This document shows, piece after piece, positions 8,491-16,706 of a DNA stretch of 43,755 nucleotides. The notes beneath the pieces are model-generated. The model ran no database searches. It was not told the DNA's origin and saw only the letters and a program-made list of their open reading frames with translations. Origin of the DNA: an uncultured delta proteobacterium (lineage in GTDB: Bacteria > Desulfobacterota > Syntrophia > Syntrophales > Smithellaceae); the NCBI GenBank assembly GCA_903904655.1, contig CAIVDK010000419.1:1-43755 (forward strand), given 5' to 3'. A program made the translations under genes and the position numbers. The first letter of the stretch is position 1. Every line of letters starts with the position of its first letter.

Positions 8491-8907
8491 GTGATTATTT
8501 ACGATGTGAAATGTGAGAACGGTCATAAGTTTGAAGGCTGGTTTAAAGATCGCCAGGCCTGGATCGAGCAAAACGCGCAGCGGTTGATCTGCTGTCCCGT
8601 TTGTAATAGTTCCAATGTGGAAATAGCGCCTTCCTCCATTACCATCATGGGGAAGGATGCAAAAACGGACGACAAGAATCATGAGAGAGATATTCCCCCG
8701 GGCAAGGCTCTTCAATGGTTGCAGCAGTTTATTGAAAACAACTTTGAAGATGTTGGAAATAAATTTGCCGAAGTGGCGCTGAAAATACACTATGGCGATG
8801 AAGAAAAACGAAACATTAAAGGGACGACGACGTCGCAGGAAGAAGCGAGCTTAAAAGAAGAAGGTATTTCGTTCATAAAAATTCCTCTGCCCAAAATGGA
8901 CAGCTGA
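8491..8907 (+). CDS. DUF1178 family protein (N-terminal Zn-ribbon-like)
   Basis: MIIYDVKCENGHKFEGWF, CPVC, FEDVGNKFAEVALKIHYG, RNIKG, LKEEGI. Confidence 0.88.
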   Translation: MIIYDVKCENGHKFEGWFKDRQAWIEQNAQRLICCPVCNSSNVEIAPSSITIMGKDAKTDDKNHERDIPPGKALQWLQQFIENNFEDVGNKFAEVALKIHYGDEEKRNIKGTTTSQEEASLKEEGISFIKIPLPKMDS

Positions 8908-8997
8908 TCCACCATTTATCCAGAATGATTTTTTGACCCCTTAAGAACCTTTTGTCGAAAAAAGACAGATCTATTATTGATAAACGGGCCGTATTTT

Positions 8998-11313
8998 ATG
9001 ATGAACGCTTATAAAAGTATTATTGATCGTATCGGCAACACGCCTCTTGTGGAAATAACGAGACTCAATCCGAATAAAAAGGTGAAAATTTTTGCCAAGC
9101 TCGAGTCTGCCAATCCGGGCGGTTCCATTAAAGACCGCACCGCCCTGGTTATGGTTGAAAATGCCGAAAAAAGGGGAGACTTAAACCACAATAAGATTAT
9201 TCTGGAGGCAACCAGCGGCAATACCGGCATAGGACTGGCCATGATCGCGGCGGCCAAAGGGTATAAGCTTTGTCTCACAATGTCCGAAGCGGCAAGCGAA
9301 GAACGCAAAAAAATCCTGCGGGCGATGGGCGCAGAACTGCATTTTACCCCGGCGGCGCTGGGAACCGACGGCGCCATTGAAGTTGCCTATCGGATGCTGC
9401 GGGAAAATCCCGACAAGTATTTCGGTACCGATCAATTTAACAACGAAGACAATATTGCCGCCCACTATTTTGGAACGGCCCAGGAAATCTGGGATCAAAC
9501 CGCAGGTCAAGTAACCATGGTCGTAACCACTCTCGGCACGACCGGCACTGCGATGGGTCTTTCCAAGAAACTCAAGGAGTTGAGCGGCCGGATTCGGATT
9601 ATCGGCGTCGAACCTTATTTGCAGCATAAGATTCAGGGGCTCAAAAATATGCGCGAGTCCTACCGCCCGGGGATCTTTGATAAGAAGCGTCTCGATGAAA
9701 AAGTGAACATTCTGGATGAAGACGCTTTTGAGATGTCCCGCAGGCTTGCCCGTGAAGAAGGCATCCTGGCGGGAATGAGTTCCGGGGCGGCCATGTTTGT
9801 GGCCGCCGAGAAGGCCTGCAAAATGGAAGAAGGTCTAATCGTGGTCATTTTTCCGGACAGCGGCGAGCGTTATTTAAGCACGGAGTTATTTGCGGTCAAA
9901 GAAGAATTGGCCACGGTAAATCTTTACAATATTTTGAAACGTCAGAAAACACTTTTCCGGCCGCTGAAATCTGAAGAAGTGTTAATGCGTACCTGCGGCC
10001 CGACCGTCCATGACGTGCCCCACCTGGGAAATTACCGGCGTCTGGTGGTGTCTGACTTGCTGTGTCGTTATCTGACGTTCAAAGGATATAAAGTCAAACA
10101 TGTTCTCGACATCGTTGATTTTACGGATAAGTCGATTAAGGGTTCGGAAAAGGCGGCGATGGATCTGTCGGATTATTCCAATAAATATTTGCAGATTTTT
10201 CTGGACGATGCGCGATATTTAAATATTCGTCCGGGCAATGTTTACGTGAAAGCTTCCGAAAATGTTGATGCCATGCTCAAGATTGTCGAGAAATTAGTTG
10301 ATAAAGGCTATGCATACGAGAAATTGCATTCTGTTTATTTCGATATTTCCAAACTGGCTGATTACGGTCTTCTCTCCAATGTCGATCTGGCAAAAACCAG
10401 ATTAGGCAAATCCATTGACCTCGACGACTATGAAAAAGACAGCCCGGCGGATTTTGCGCTCCTGAAAAGGGCCGGCCTGGGGGAGTTGAAAAGAGGAATT
10501 TATCATAAGACGAAGTGGGGCAATATTCGGCCGGGCTGGCATCTGGAATGCGCGGCCATTTCCCAAAAATATCTGGGAACGGCTTACGATATTCATATTA
10601 GCGGGGCTGATGAAACTTTTCCCCACTGCGAAAATATCGTCGCGATTAACAAGGCGTTTTCCGGCCATAGCGGTGCAAATTACTGGATCGGCGCTGAGCT
10701 GATCCTGGTCGATGGGCGGAAGATGTCACGCTCGCTGAATAATGCGGTAACGATCGCCAATCTGAAGCAAAATGGTTACAGCGGCAGGGATATCCGGTTT
10801 TTTCTGCTGGGGATGAATTACCGCAAACCGATCAGTTATTCTGAGAAGGCCTTGCAGATGGCGAGGAACACCATTAAAAAAATTGATACTTTTATTTACC
10901 GGCTTTACGCAATTGAGGATGATGCTCAAAATTTTCCTGATGTCGATCAACTGATTTACGATCTTCATCATGGTTTTGAGAAGGCCTTAGACGACGATAT
11001 AAATATATCCGGTGCTCTGGCGGCGTTTTTTGATTTTATTGGCAAGATCAACGCGCCTTTGACTGAGGGGAAAATCAGCAGGTCGGATACCCGGAAAATT
11101 GTCAAGGCGCTTGAAAAAATAAATGAAATAGTTGGCATAATGGATTTTGGACAACAAACACTCCATCTCGATATTACAGAACTTATTCAAAAAAGAGAAG
11201 CGGCCAGAAAAGCAGGCCTTTGGCAAGAAGCGGATGTGTTGAGAAATCAGTTGGCAGGGGCAGGCGTTGAGGTTTTGGATAGTCAGCAGGGGACAATCTG
11301 GCGTTTTAAATAG
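8998..11313 (+). CDS. Fusion of a CysM-type cysteine synthase (PLP) with a divergent cysteinyl-tRNA synthetase
   Basis: N-half: IGNTPL, NPGGSIKDR (PLP Lys codon 9130), EATSGNTGIG, GTTGT, FPDSGERYLS. C-half: CGPT, HLGN, DFALLK, RPGWHLEC, DIH, FPH, KMSRS, DD.NISGAL, REAARK...AD.LR...LD...GT.W. One open frame. Confidence 0.92.
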   Translation: MMNAYKSIIDRIGNTPLVEITRLNPNKKVKIFAKLESANPGGSIKDRTALVMVENAEKRGDLNHNKIILEATSGNTGIGLAMIAAAKGYKLCLTMSEAASEERKKILRAMGAELHFTPAALGTDGAIEVAYRMLRENPDKYFGTDQFNNEDNIAAHYFGTAQEIWDQTAGQVTMVVTTLGTTGTAMGLSKKLKELSGRIRIIGVEPYLQHKIQGLKNMRESYRPGIFDKKRLDEKVNILDEDAFEMSRRLAREEGILAGMSSGAAMFVAAEKACKMEEGLIVVIFPDSGERYLSTELFAVKEELATVNLYNILKRQKTLFRPLKSEEVLMRTCGPTVHDVPHLGNYRRLVVSDLLCRYLTFKGYKVKHVLDIVDFTDKSIKGSEKAAMDLSDYSNKYLQIFLDDARYLNIRPGNVYVKASENVDAMLKIVEKLVDKGYAYEKLHSVYFDISKLADYGLLSNVDLAKTRLGKSIDLDDYEKDSPADFALLKRAGLGELKRGIYHKTKWGNIRPGWHLECAAISQKYLGTAYDIHISGADETFPHCENIVAINKAFSGHSGANYWIGAELILVDGRKMSRSLNNAVTIANLKQNGYSGRDIRFFLLGMNYRKPISYSEKALQMARNTIKKIDTFIYRLYAIEDDAQNFPDVDQLIYDLHHGFEKALDDDINISGALAAFFDFIGKINAPLTEGKISRSDTRKIVKALEKINEIVGIMDFGQQTLHLDITELIQKREAARKAGLWQEADVLRNQLAGAGVEVLDSQQGTIWRFK

Positions 11314-11323
11314 AAATAAGCTC

Positions 11324-12145
11324 ATGGAAAAATTAAGAAAATCTATCATAGCCGGTTCCTGGTATCCCGAAGATCCTTCCATTTTGAGGGGTGATATAGC
11401 CAGATACATAAAAAATGTACCTGATAGGGAGCTTACAGGCGATGTTGTAGGCTTAATTGTGCCTCACGCCGGTTATATGTATTCCGGTCAGGTGGCGGCA
11501 CATGCCTATAAGCTGATCCAAGGTAAAAAATATGATGCAGTTATTCTCATCGGGCCAAGTCACAGAGTTGCTTTCGGAGGTGTATCCATATGCAGTCAAG
11601 GGGCTTATGAAACACCTCTGGGCGTGATCCCTGTCGATGAAAATATCGCCTGTGAAATGAAACGCCTCAGCAGCATCATTATCGATCTCCCCGCCGCCCA
11701 TGCGCGGGAACATTCCCTGGAAATTCAACTTCCCTTCTTGCAGATTGCTCTGGGGGCTTTCCCCTTTATTCCGTTAGTGATGGGGGATCAGAATGTTGCG
11801 ACCTGTCGGGAACTCGTTGATGCTGTCTGTCAGGTGGCTAAAGATCGCCATGTATTAATTGTCGCAAGCAGTGATCTGTCCCATTTCCATGATTATAAAA
11901 AGGCAAAAGAGCTGGATGGAATTGTGCTCAGGCATATTCAAGATATCGATGCTGAAGGACTCTTAGACAGTTTGGCTCATGATAAAACCGAGGCCTGCGG
12001 CGGTGGACCAATGGCGGTGACCATGTTGGCCGCACACAAACTGGGCGCCCCTCAGTCGCTGCTTCTGAAATATGCAAATTCCGGGGATGTAACGGGCGAT
12101 AAAAGTTCAGTGGTGGGGTACGCATCAGCCGTTTATTATCGATGA
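11324..12145 (+). CDS. amrB: AmmeMemoRadiSam system protein B (MEMO1 family)
   Basis: AGSWYP, VPHAGYMYSG, IGPSH, EHSLEIQLPFLQ, ASSDLSH, CG, YANSGDVTG..SVVGY. Confidence 0.92.
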   Translation: MEKLRKSIIAGSWYPEDPSILRGDIARYIKNVPDRELTGDVVGLIVPHAGYMYSGQVAAHAYKLIQGKKYDAVILIGPSHRVAFGGVSICSQGAYETPLGVIPVDENIACEMKRLSSIIIDLPAAHAREHSLEIQLPFLQIALGAFPFIPLVMGDQNVATCRELVDAVCQVAKDRHVLIVASSDLSHFHDYKKAKELDGIVLRHIQDIDAEGLLDSLAHDKTEACGGGPMAVTMLAAHKLGAPQSLLLKYANSGDVTGDKSSVVGYASAVYYR

Positions 12146-12160
12146 AAAACAGAGGATAAA

Positions 12161-12709
12161 ATGGAATTAACTGATCAAGAAAAAAAGACGCTTCTGGACA
12201 TAGCCAAAAGAGCGATTATTGCGAAAGCCGGCAATAGAGAATTACCTAAATTAACAATGGATTTACCGATACTTAAGGAAAAAAGAGGCGCTTTTGTCAC
12301 CTTAAAGAAACGGGGGCACCTGCGTGGTTGCATCGGCTATATCAAGGCGGTTAAACCACTGGGAGACACTGTGCAGGAAATGGCTGTTGCTGCAGCCTTT
12401 CATGATCCGCGTTTCCCGTCTCTCAAGGGCGAAGAAATCCGGGATTTGAGCTTTGAAATATCTGTTTTAAGCCCTTTGCGAAAGATTCAAACTATTGATG
12501 ACATTGAAGTGGGAAAACATGGCTTGTATATTGTTCGAGGTTATAATTCCGGTTTGCTCTTGCCGCAGGTGGCCACTGAATATGGCTGGGACAGGGAAAG
12601 TTTTCTAAAAGAGACCTGCTATAAAGCCGGTCTGCCGCCCAAGGCGTGGAAAGATAAAGAAACTGAAATATATATTTTCTCGGCAGATTATTTTAGCGAT
12701 AAGGATTAG
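12161..12709 (+). CDS. amrA: AmmeMemoRadiSam system protein A (AMMECR1 family)
   Basis: GAFVTL..RGHLRGCIG, AAFHDPRF, EISVLSP, GLLLPQVATEYGW, KAG. Confidence 0.92.
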   Translation: MELTDQEKKTLLDIAKRAIIAKAGNRELPKLTMDLPILKEKRGAFVTLKKRGHLRGCIGYIKAVKPLGDTVQEMAVAAAFHDPRFPSLKGEEIRDLSFEISVLSPLRKIQTIDDIEVGKHGLYIVRGYNSGLLLPQVATEYGWDRESFLKETCYKAGLPPKAWKDKETEIYIFSADYFSDKD

Positions 12710-12762
12710 ATTCTCTTTTTATTCTTCTTCCGAATCTTTTTGTGAATAATTTAAAAATTTGC

Positions 12763-12791
12763 TTGACAAAAACAAGCATAAAAATTAGAGT
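12763..12791 (+). promoter_or_regulatory. sigma70 promoter of the tRNA/rpmG/secE cluster
   Basis: TTGACA (12763-12768), 17 nt, TAGAGT (12786-12791); AT-rich UP-like sequence upstream and CCGC discriminator. Confidence 0.7.
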
Positions 12792-12877
12792 CCGCAATTC
12801 GCACGAAGCGGTGTAATTGTTTTTTTGCGTTTAAAGCAAAGAGGGGCTCATGCGAAATGGTTTAAATTAAAGGGTTT

Positions 12878-12953
12878 GCTGGCGTAGCTCAATCGGTAGA
12901 GCAGCTGATTTGTAATCAGCAGGTTGCGGGTTCAAGTCCCATCGCCAGCTCCA
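12878..12953 (+). tRNA. tRNA-Thr (TGT)
   Basis: GCTGGCG...GCTGA-TTTGTAA-TCAGC...TTCAAGT...CGCCAGCTCCA. Confidence 0.96.
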
Positions 12954-12969
12954 GATGAGTAATATCACT

Positions 12970-13054
12970 GGAGGGGTTCCCGAGCGGCCAAAGGGAGCAG
13001 ACTGTAAATCTGCCGGCGGAGCCTACGGAGGTTCGAACCCTCCCCCCTCCACCA
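12970..13054 (+). tRNA. tRNA-Tyr (GTA)
   Basis: GGAGGGG...GCAGA-CTGTAAA-TCTGC, long variable arm, ...CCCCTCCACCA. Confidence 0.96.
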
Positions 13055-13072
13055 GTTTTTATGAATGGGTAA

Positions 13073-13148
13073 GCGGGAGTAGCTCAGGGGCTAGAGCGTC
13101 AGCCTTCCAAGCTGAGGGTCGCGGGTTCGAATCCCGTTTCCCGCTCCA
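13073..13148 (+). tRNA. tRNA-Gly (TCC)
   Basis: GCGGGAG...TCAGC-CTTCCAA-GCTGA...TTCGAAT...TTCCCGCTCCA. Confidence 0.96.
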
Positions 13149-13188
13149 GGTATTTTTTTTAATGCCAGTTTAAAAGTTTAAGAGTCGT

Positions 13189-13264
13189 GCCCACGTAGCT
13201 CAGTTGGTAGAGCACATCCTTGGTAAGGATGAGGTCACCAGTTCAATCCTGGTCGTGGGCTCCA
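13189..13264 (+). tRNA. tRNA-Thr (GGT)
   Basis: GCCCACG...CATCC-TTGGTAA-GGATG...CGTGGGCTCCA. Confidence 0.96.
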
Positions 13265-13277
13265 GTGAAGGAGAATT

Positions 13278-13427
13278 ATGCGAAATAATATTATTTTAGC
13301 TTGTACGGACTGTAAGCAGAGAAATTATACGACGACAAAAAATAAGCGTACCATGCAAAACCGCCTGGAAATGAAAAAATATTGCAAGTTTTGCCGTGGA
13401 CACAAACTGCACAGGGAAACGAAATAG
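13278..13427 (+). CDS. rpmG: 50S ribosomal protein L33 (Zn-binding type); not in the ORF track
   Basis: Manual translation: [49 protein letters not shown]; AAGGAG RBS. Confidence 0.95.
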   Translation: MRNNIILACTDCKQRNYTTTKNKRTMQNRLEMKKYCKFCRGHKLHRETK

Positions 13428-13440
13428 TTAAAATTTGGAT

Positions 13441-13517
13441 AGGCCAGTAGCTCTAATGGATAGAGCGCCGGACTCCAAATCCGGATGCTGGGGGTTCAAG
13501 TCCCTCCTGGCCTGCCA
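13441..13517 (+). tRNA. tRNA-Trp (CCA)
   Basis: AGGCCAG...CCGGA-CTCCAAA-TCCGG...CTGGCCTGCCA; usual position before secE. Confidence 0.95.
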
Positions 13518-13542
13518 GTTTTCCCGAAAAAGGGTTGATGAT

Positions 13543-13746
13543 ATGGAAAAAATAAAGCTGATCATGAATAAGGCAGTACAGTTTATTTCCCAGGCGAAGT
13601 CTGAGTTAAAAAAAGTCACCTGGCCGACCCGGAAACAAACATTAGCGTCCACCGGGGTTGTCATTGTTATTGTTGTGATCATAGCTCTTTATCTGGGAAT
13701 TATTGATTTAATTCTCTCAAAATTAGTCAAGTTTATTTTAGGTTAA
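13543..13746 (+). CDS. secE: Preprotein translocase SecE
   Basis: ELKKVTWPTRK plus one TM helix. Start at ATG 13543; the ORF-track extension overlaps tRNA-Trp. Confidence 0.93.
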   Translation: MEKIKLIMNKAVQFISQAKSELKKVTWPTRKQTLASTGVVIVIVVIIALYLGIIDLILSKLVKFILG

Positions 13747-13750
13747 CTTC

Positions 13751-14281
13751 ATGGCTTTTAAATGGTACGTCGTACATACTTATTCGGGATTTGAGAATAA
13801 GGTAAAGATGAGCCTTCAGGAAAGAATTGAACTGGCCGGTGCTCAGGATTGTTTTTCCGATATTCTTATTCCGGAAGAAGATGTTGTGGAGTTGATTTCG
13901 GGAGAGAAGAAAACATCCAAACGCAAGTTTTTCCCAGGGTATATTCTGGTGCGTATGGAAATGAGCGATGAAAACTGGCATATCGTCAAAAACACACCGA
14001 AAGTAACCGGTTTTATCGGCAGCAAGGATAAGCCGTCACCGATTCCGGACAAAGACGTTGAGAATCTGAAGATAAGAATTGATGAAGGGACACTTAAGCC
14101 GAAACCCAAATTTAAGTTTGATGTCGGTGATCATGTCAAAATTATTGATGGCCCTTTCACCAATTTTGATGGGGTCATTGATGAAGTCCGACCCGAAAAA
14201 AGCAAGCTCAGGGTGATCGTCAGTATCTTCGGCCGTCCGACACCGGTGGAATTGGACTTCATTCAGGTCATGCAAGGATAA
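13751..14281 (+). CDS. nusG: Transcription factor NusG
   Basis: [25 protein letters not shown] domain [16 protein letters not shown]. Confidence 0.97.
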   Translation: MAFKWYVVHTYSGFENKVKMSLQERIELAGAQDCFSDILIPEEDVVELISGEKKTSKRKFFPGYILVRMEMSDENWHIVKNTPKVTGFIGSKDKPSPIPDKDVENLKIRIDEGTLKPKPKFKFDVGDHVKIIDGPFTNFDGVIDEVRPEKSKLRVIVSIFGRPTPVELDFIQVMQG

Positions 14282-14335
14282 GTGATTTCAAGGCGTAAGG
14301 TTAAAGCCTAAAAAATTTTAGATCAGGTGATTGTT

Positions 14336-14761
14336 ATGGCAAAAAAAGTTATTGCGAATATTAAATTGCAGATTAAAGCGGGAAAGGCGACACCATCACC
14401 CCCGATCGGACCTGCGTTAGGGCAGCACGGCGTTAACATTATGGAGTTTTGTAAGGCCTACAATGCTTTGACGCAAAGTCAGGAAGGGATGATTGTTCCC
14501 GTCGTGATTACGGTTTACGCGGATCGGTCATTTACCTTTATTACCAAAACGCCGCCTGCTTCAGTCTTGCTCAAACAGGCGGCCAAAGTTGCCAAAGGTG
14601 CGGCTGATCCCAAGAGGGAAAAAGTGGGAACCGTCACGGCCAAGCAGGTTCAAGACATCGCGCAGTTGAAATTCAATGATTTGAACGCCGTGGATATCGA
14701 AGGTGCGGTCAAGATTATTGCCGGTACGGCAAGGTCAATGGGAATTGAAATAGCAGGTTAA
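14336..14761 (+). CDS. rplK: 50S ribosomal protein L11
   Basis: [30 protein letters not shown]. Confidence 0.97.
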   Translation: MAKKVIANIKLQIKAGKATPSPPIGPALGQHGVNIMEFCKAYNALTQSQEGMIVPVVITVYADRSFTFITKTPPASVLLKQAAKVAKGAADPKREKVGTVTAKQVQDIAQLKFNDLNAVDIEGAVKIIAGTARSMGIEIAG

Positions 14762-14778
14762 TAAAGACGAGGTTTATC

Positions 14779-15480
14779 ATGTTAAGACGAGGCAAACGCA
14801 TAATAGCTGCGAAAGCTAAGGTTGAGCCGACCAAGCGCTATACGCTTAAAGAGGCTACGGAAATAATTGTATCAATGGTTGGGGCCAAATTCGACGAGAC
14901 TGTGGATGCCGCCGTCCGTTTAGGCGTTAACCCGGCACATGCCGATCAGATGGTTCGGGGCAGTGTTGTTCTTCCCAATGGTCTGGGCAAAACGGTGCGA
15001 GTGCTGGTTTTTGCCAAGGGCGATAAAGAAAAAGAAGCGCTGGAAGCCGGGGCGGATTTAGTCGGCAACGATGAAATCATTGAGAAAATTAAAGGCGGAT
15101 GGTTGGATTTTGATCGTGTGATCGCTACGCCGGATATGATGGGTTCCGTGGGCAAGATTGCTAAAATTTTAGGTCCGCGTGGTTTGATGCCCAACCCCAA
15201 AGTTGGAACGGTAACGTTTGATCTTGCCAATGCCGTGAAAGAGCTTAAGGCCGGCAAAGTGGAATTCCGCGTGGAAAAAGCGGGCATCGTTCATTCGCCG
15301 GTCGGTAAAGTTTCTTTTGGCGCTGAAAAATTAAGCGAAAACGTCAATGCACTTTTGGAAACCATCATCAAGTTGAAACCGGCATCCAGTAAGGGAACTT
15401 ATATTAAGAGTATTGCCATATCCAGCACCATGGGTGCGGGCGTGCGAATTGACCCTCTGGAGATTAAGAGCGCAAGTTAA
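14779..15480 (+). CDS. rplA: 50S ribosomal protein L1
   Basis: [28 protein letters not shown]. Confidence 0.97.
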   Translation: MLRRGKRIIAAKAKVEPTKRYTLKEATEIIVSMVGAKFDETVDAAVRLGVNPAHADQMVRGSVVLPNGLGKTVRVLVFAKGDKEKEALEAGADLVGNDEIIEKIKGGWLDFDRVIATPDMMGSVGKIAKILGPRGLMPNPKVGTVTFDLANAVKELKAGKVEFRVEKAGIVHSPVGKVSFGAEKLSENVNALLETIIKLKPASSKGTYIKSIAISSTMGAGVRIDPLEIKSAS

Positions 15481-15525
15481 AATAGCAAATACGAATTCGC
15501 GCCGCGAATGCGTAGCAGTAGTATA

Positions 15526-15700
15526 GGTCGAAGACAGCAGGTACGGAAGTTTAAACGGAAGATGGCCTGCCGAGACTCGTGGAATAGAAAATAGTTACTG
15601 AATTTTTCGAGGTAATCATTTTTCGGGAAACGGGGATCGGCTTTAGGCGGATAAAACCGTTTTCTATTCTGTATGTGGCTAGATTCTCCGGCCTCAAGTA
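15526..15700 (+). promoter_or_regulatory. Ribosomal protein L10 leader (autoregulatory RNA)
   Basis: GTCGAAGACAGCAGG...TTTAA...CCTGCCGAGAC core (15526-15577) in the rplA-rplJ spacer resembles the L10-leader kink-turn pattern. The 3' boundary is approximate. Confidence 0.75.
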
Positions 15701-15729
15701 AAAAATAATTTTGAAAGGAGGCTGATATA

Positions 15730-16254
15730 TTGGATAGGAGAACGAAAGAACAAATTGTATCCGAGCTTCAGGAGAAACTCAAGCAGGCCAATCTGGGCGT
15801 TTTGACCAGCTTCAACGCGATGACCGTTTTTAAAATGGAAGCCCTGAGAAACGTATTGCGTAAGAACGATGCTGAATTGAAAGTTGTTAAAAATACCCTT
15901 TTGGGCATTGCCTCGAAAGAGACTGACTTCCAAATTCTTTCGGATCATTTCAAATGGCCTGTTGCCGTTGTCTTAAGCTATAAAGACCCGGTAGCACCGA
16001 CGAAAGCTTTGATTGAATTCGCCAAGAAAAATCCTGAACTGGAAATTAAAGTCGGGGTGCTCCACGGCAAGCTATTGACGAAAGCGGATATTAGCGCTTT
16101 AGCCGATTTACCCAGCCGGGAAGTTCTCTTGGGCAAACTGGTTTCAGTTATGGCGGCTGTGCCGACCTCGTTTGTCACTGTTTTGAGCGGTGTTCCGAGG
16201 AGCTTTGTGCAAGTGCTCAATGCCTATTGTGATAAGAAAAAAACTTTAAACTAA
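15730..16254 (+). CDS. rplJ: 50S ribosomal protein L10
   Basis: KVVKNTLL, LADLPSREVLL; TTG start after AAGGAGG. Confidence 0.95.
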   Translation: MDRRTKEQIVSELQEKLKQANLGVLTSFNAMTVFKMEALRNVLRKNDAELKVVKNTLLGIASKETDFQILSDHFKWPVAVVLSYKDPVAPTKALIEFAKKNPELEIKVGVLHGKLLTKADISALADLPSREVLLGKLVSVMAAVPTSFVTVLSGVPRSFVQVLNAYCDKKKTLN

Positions 16255-16284
16255 TAAAATACATACTTAAAGAGGAATAGAAAA

Positions 16285-16671
16285 ATGGCTGATCAAATAA
16301 CGAAAGAAGATGTTGTCACCTTTATTGCAAACATGACCGTGCTGGAGCTTTCCGCTCTGGTGAAAGAACTGGAAGAAAAGTTCGGTGTATCCGCTGCTGC
16401 CCCCATGATGGCTGCTATGCCGGGTGTTGGCGCAGCGCCTGCCGCCGTAGTTGAAGAGCAGACAGAGTTCAATGCTGTTCTCACCAGTTTCGGCGCTGAA
16501 AAGATTCAGGTTATTAAAGTCGTTCGTGCAATTACAGGTTTAGGCCTGAAAGAAGCTAAAGATTTAGTGGAAGGCGTACCAAAGGCGATTAAAGAAGCCG
16601 TCACTAAAGACGAAGCAGCTGAAATCAAGAAGAAAATTGAAGAAGTGGGCGGTACTGTCGAGATTAAGTAA
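16285..16671 (+). CDS. rplL: 50S ribosomal protein L7/L12
   Basis: [32 protein letters not shown]. Confidence 0.97.
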   Translation: MADQITKEDVVTFIANMTVLELSALVKELEEKFGVSAAAPMMAAMPGVGAAPAAVVEEQTEFNAVLTSFGAEKIQVIKVVRAITGLGLKEAKDLVEGVPKAIKEAVTKDEAAEIKKKIEEVGGTVEIK

Positions 16672-16706
16672 TATGATCTCTTATTTTTATTTTATTTAAG
16701 GATATT

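Noticed and set aside
12955-13173. 72-aa ORF, plus the secE extension from 13435
   Set aside because: These are translations of tRNA genes.
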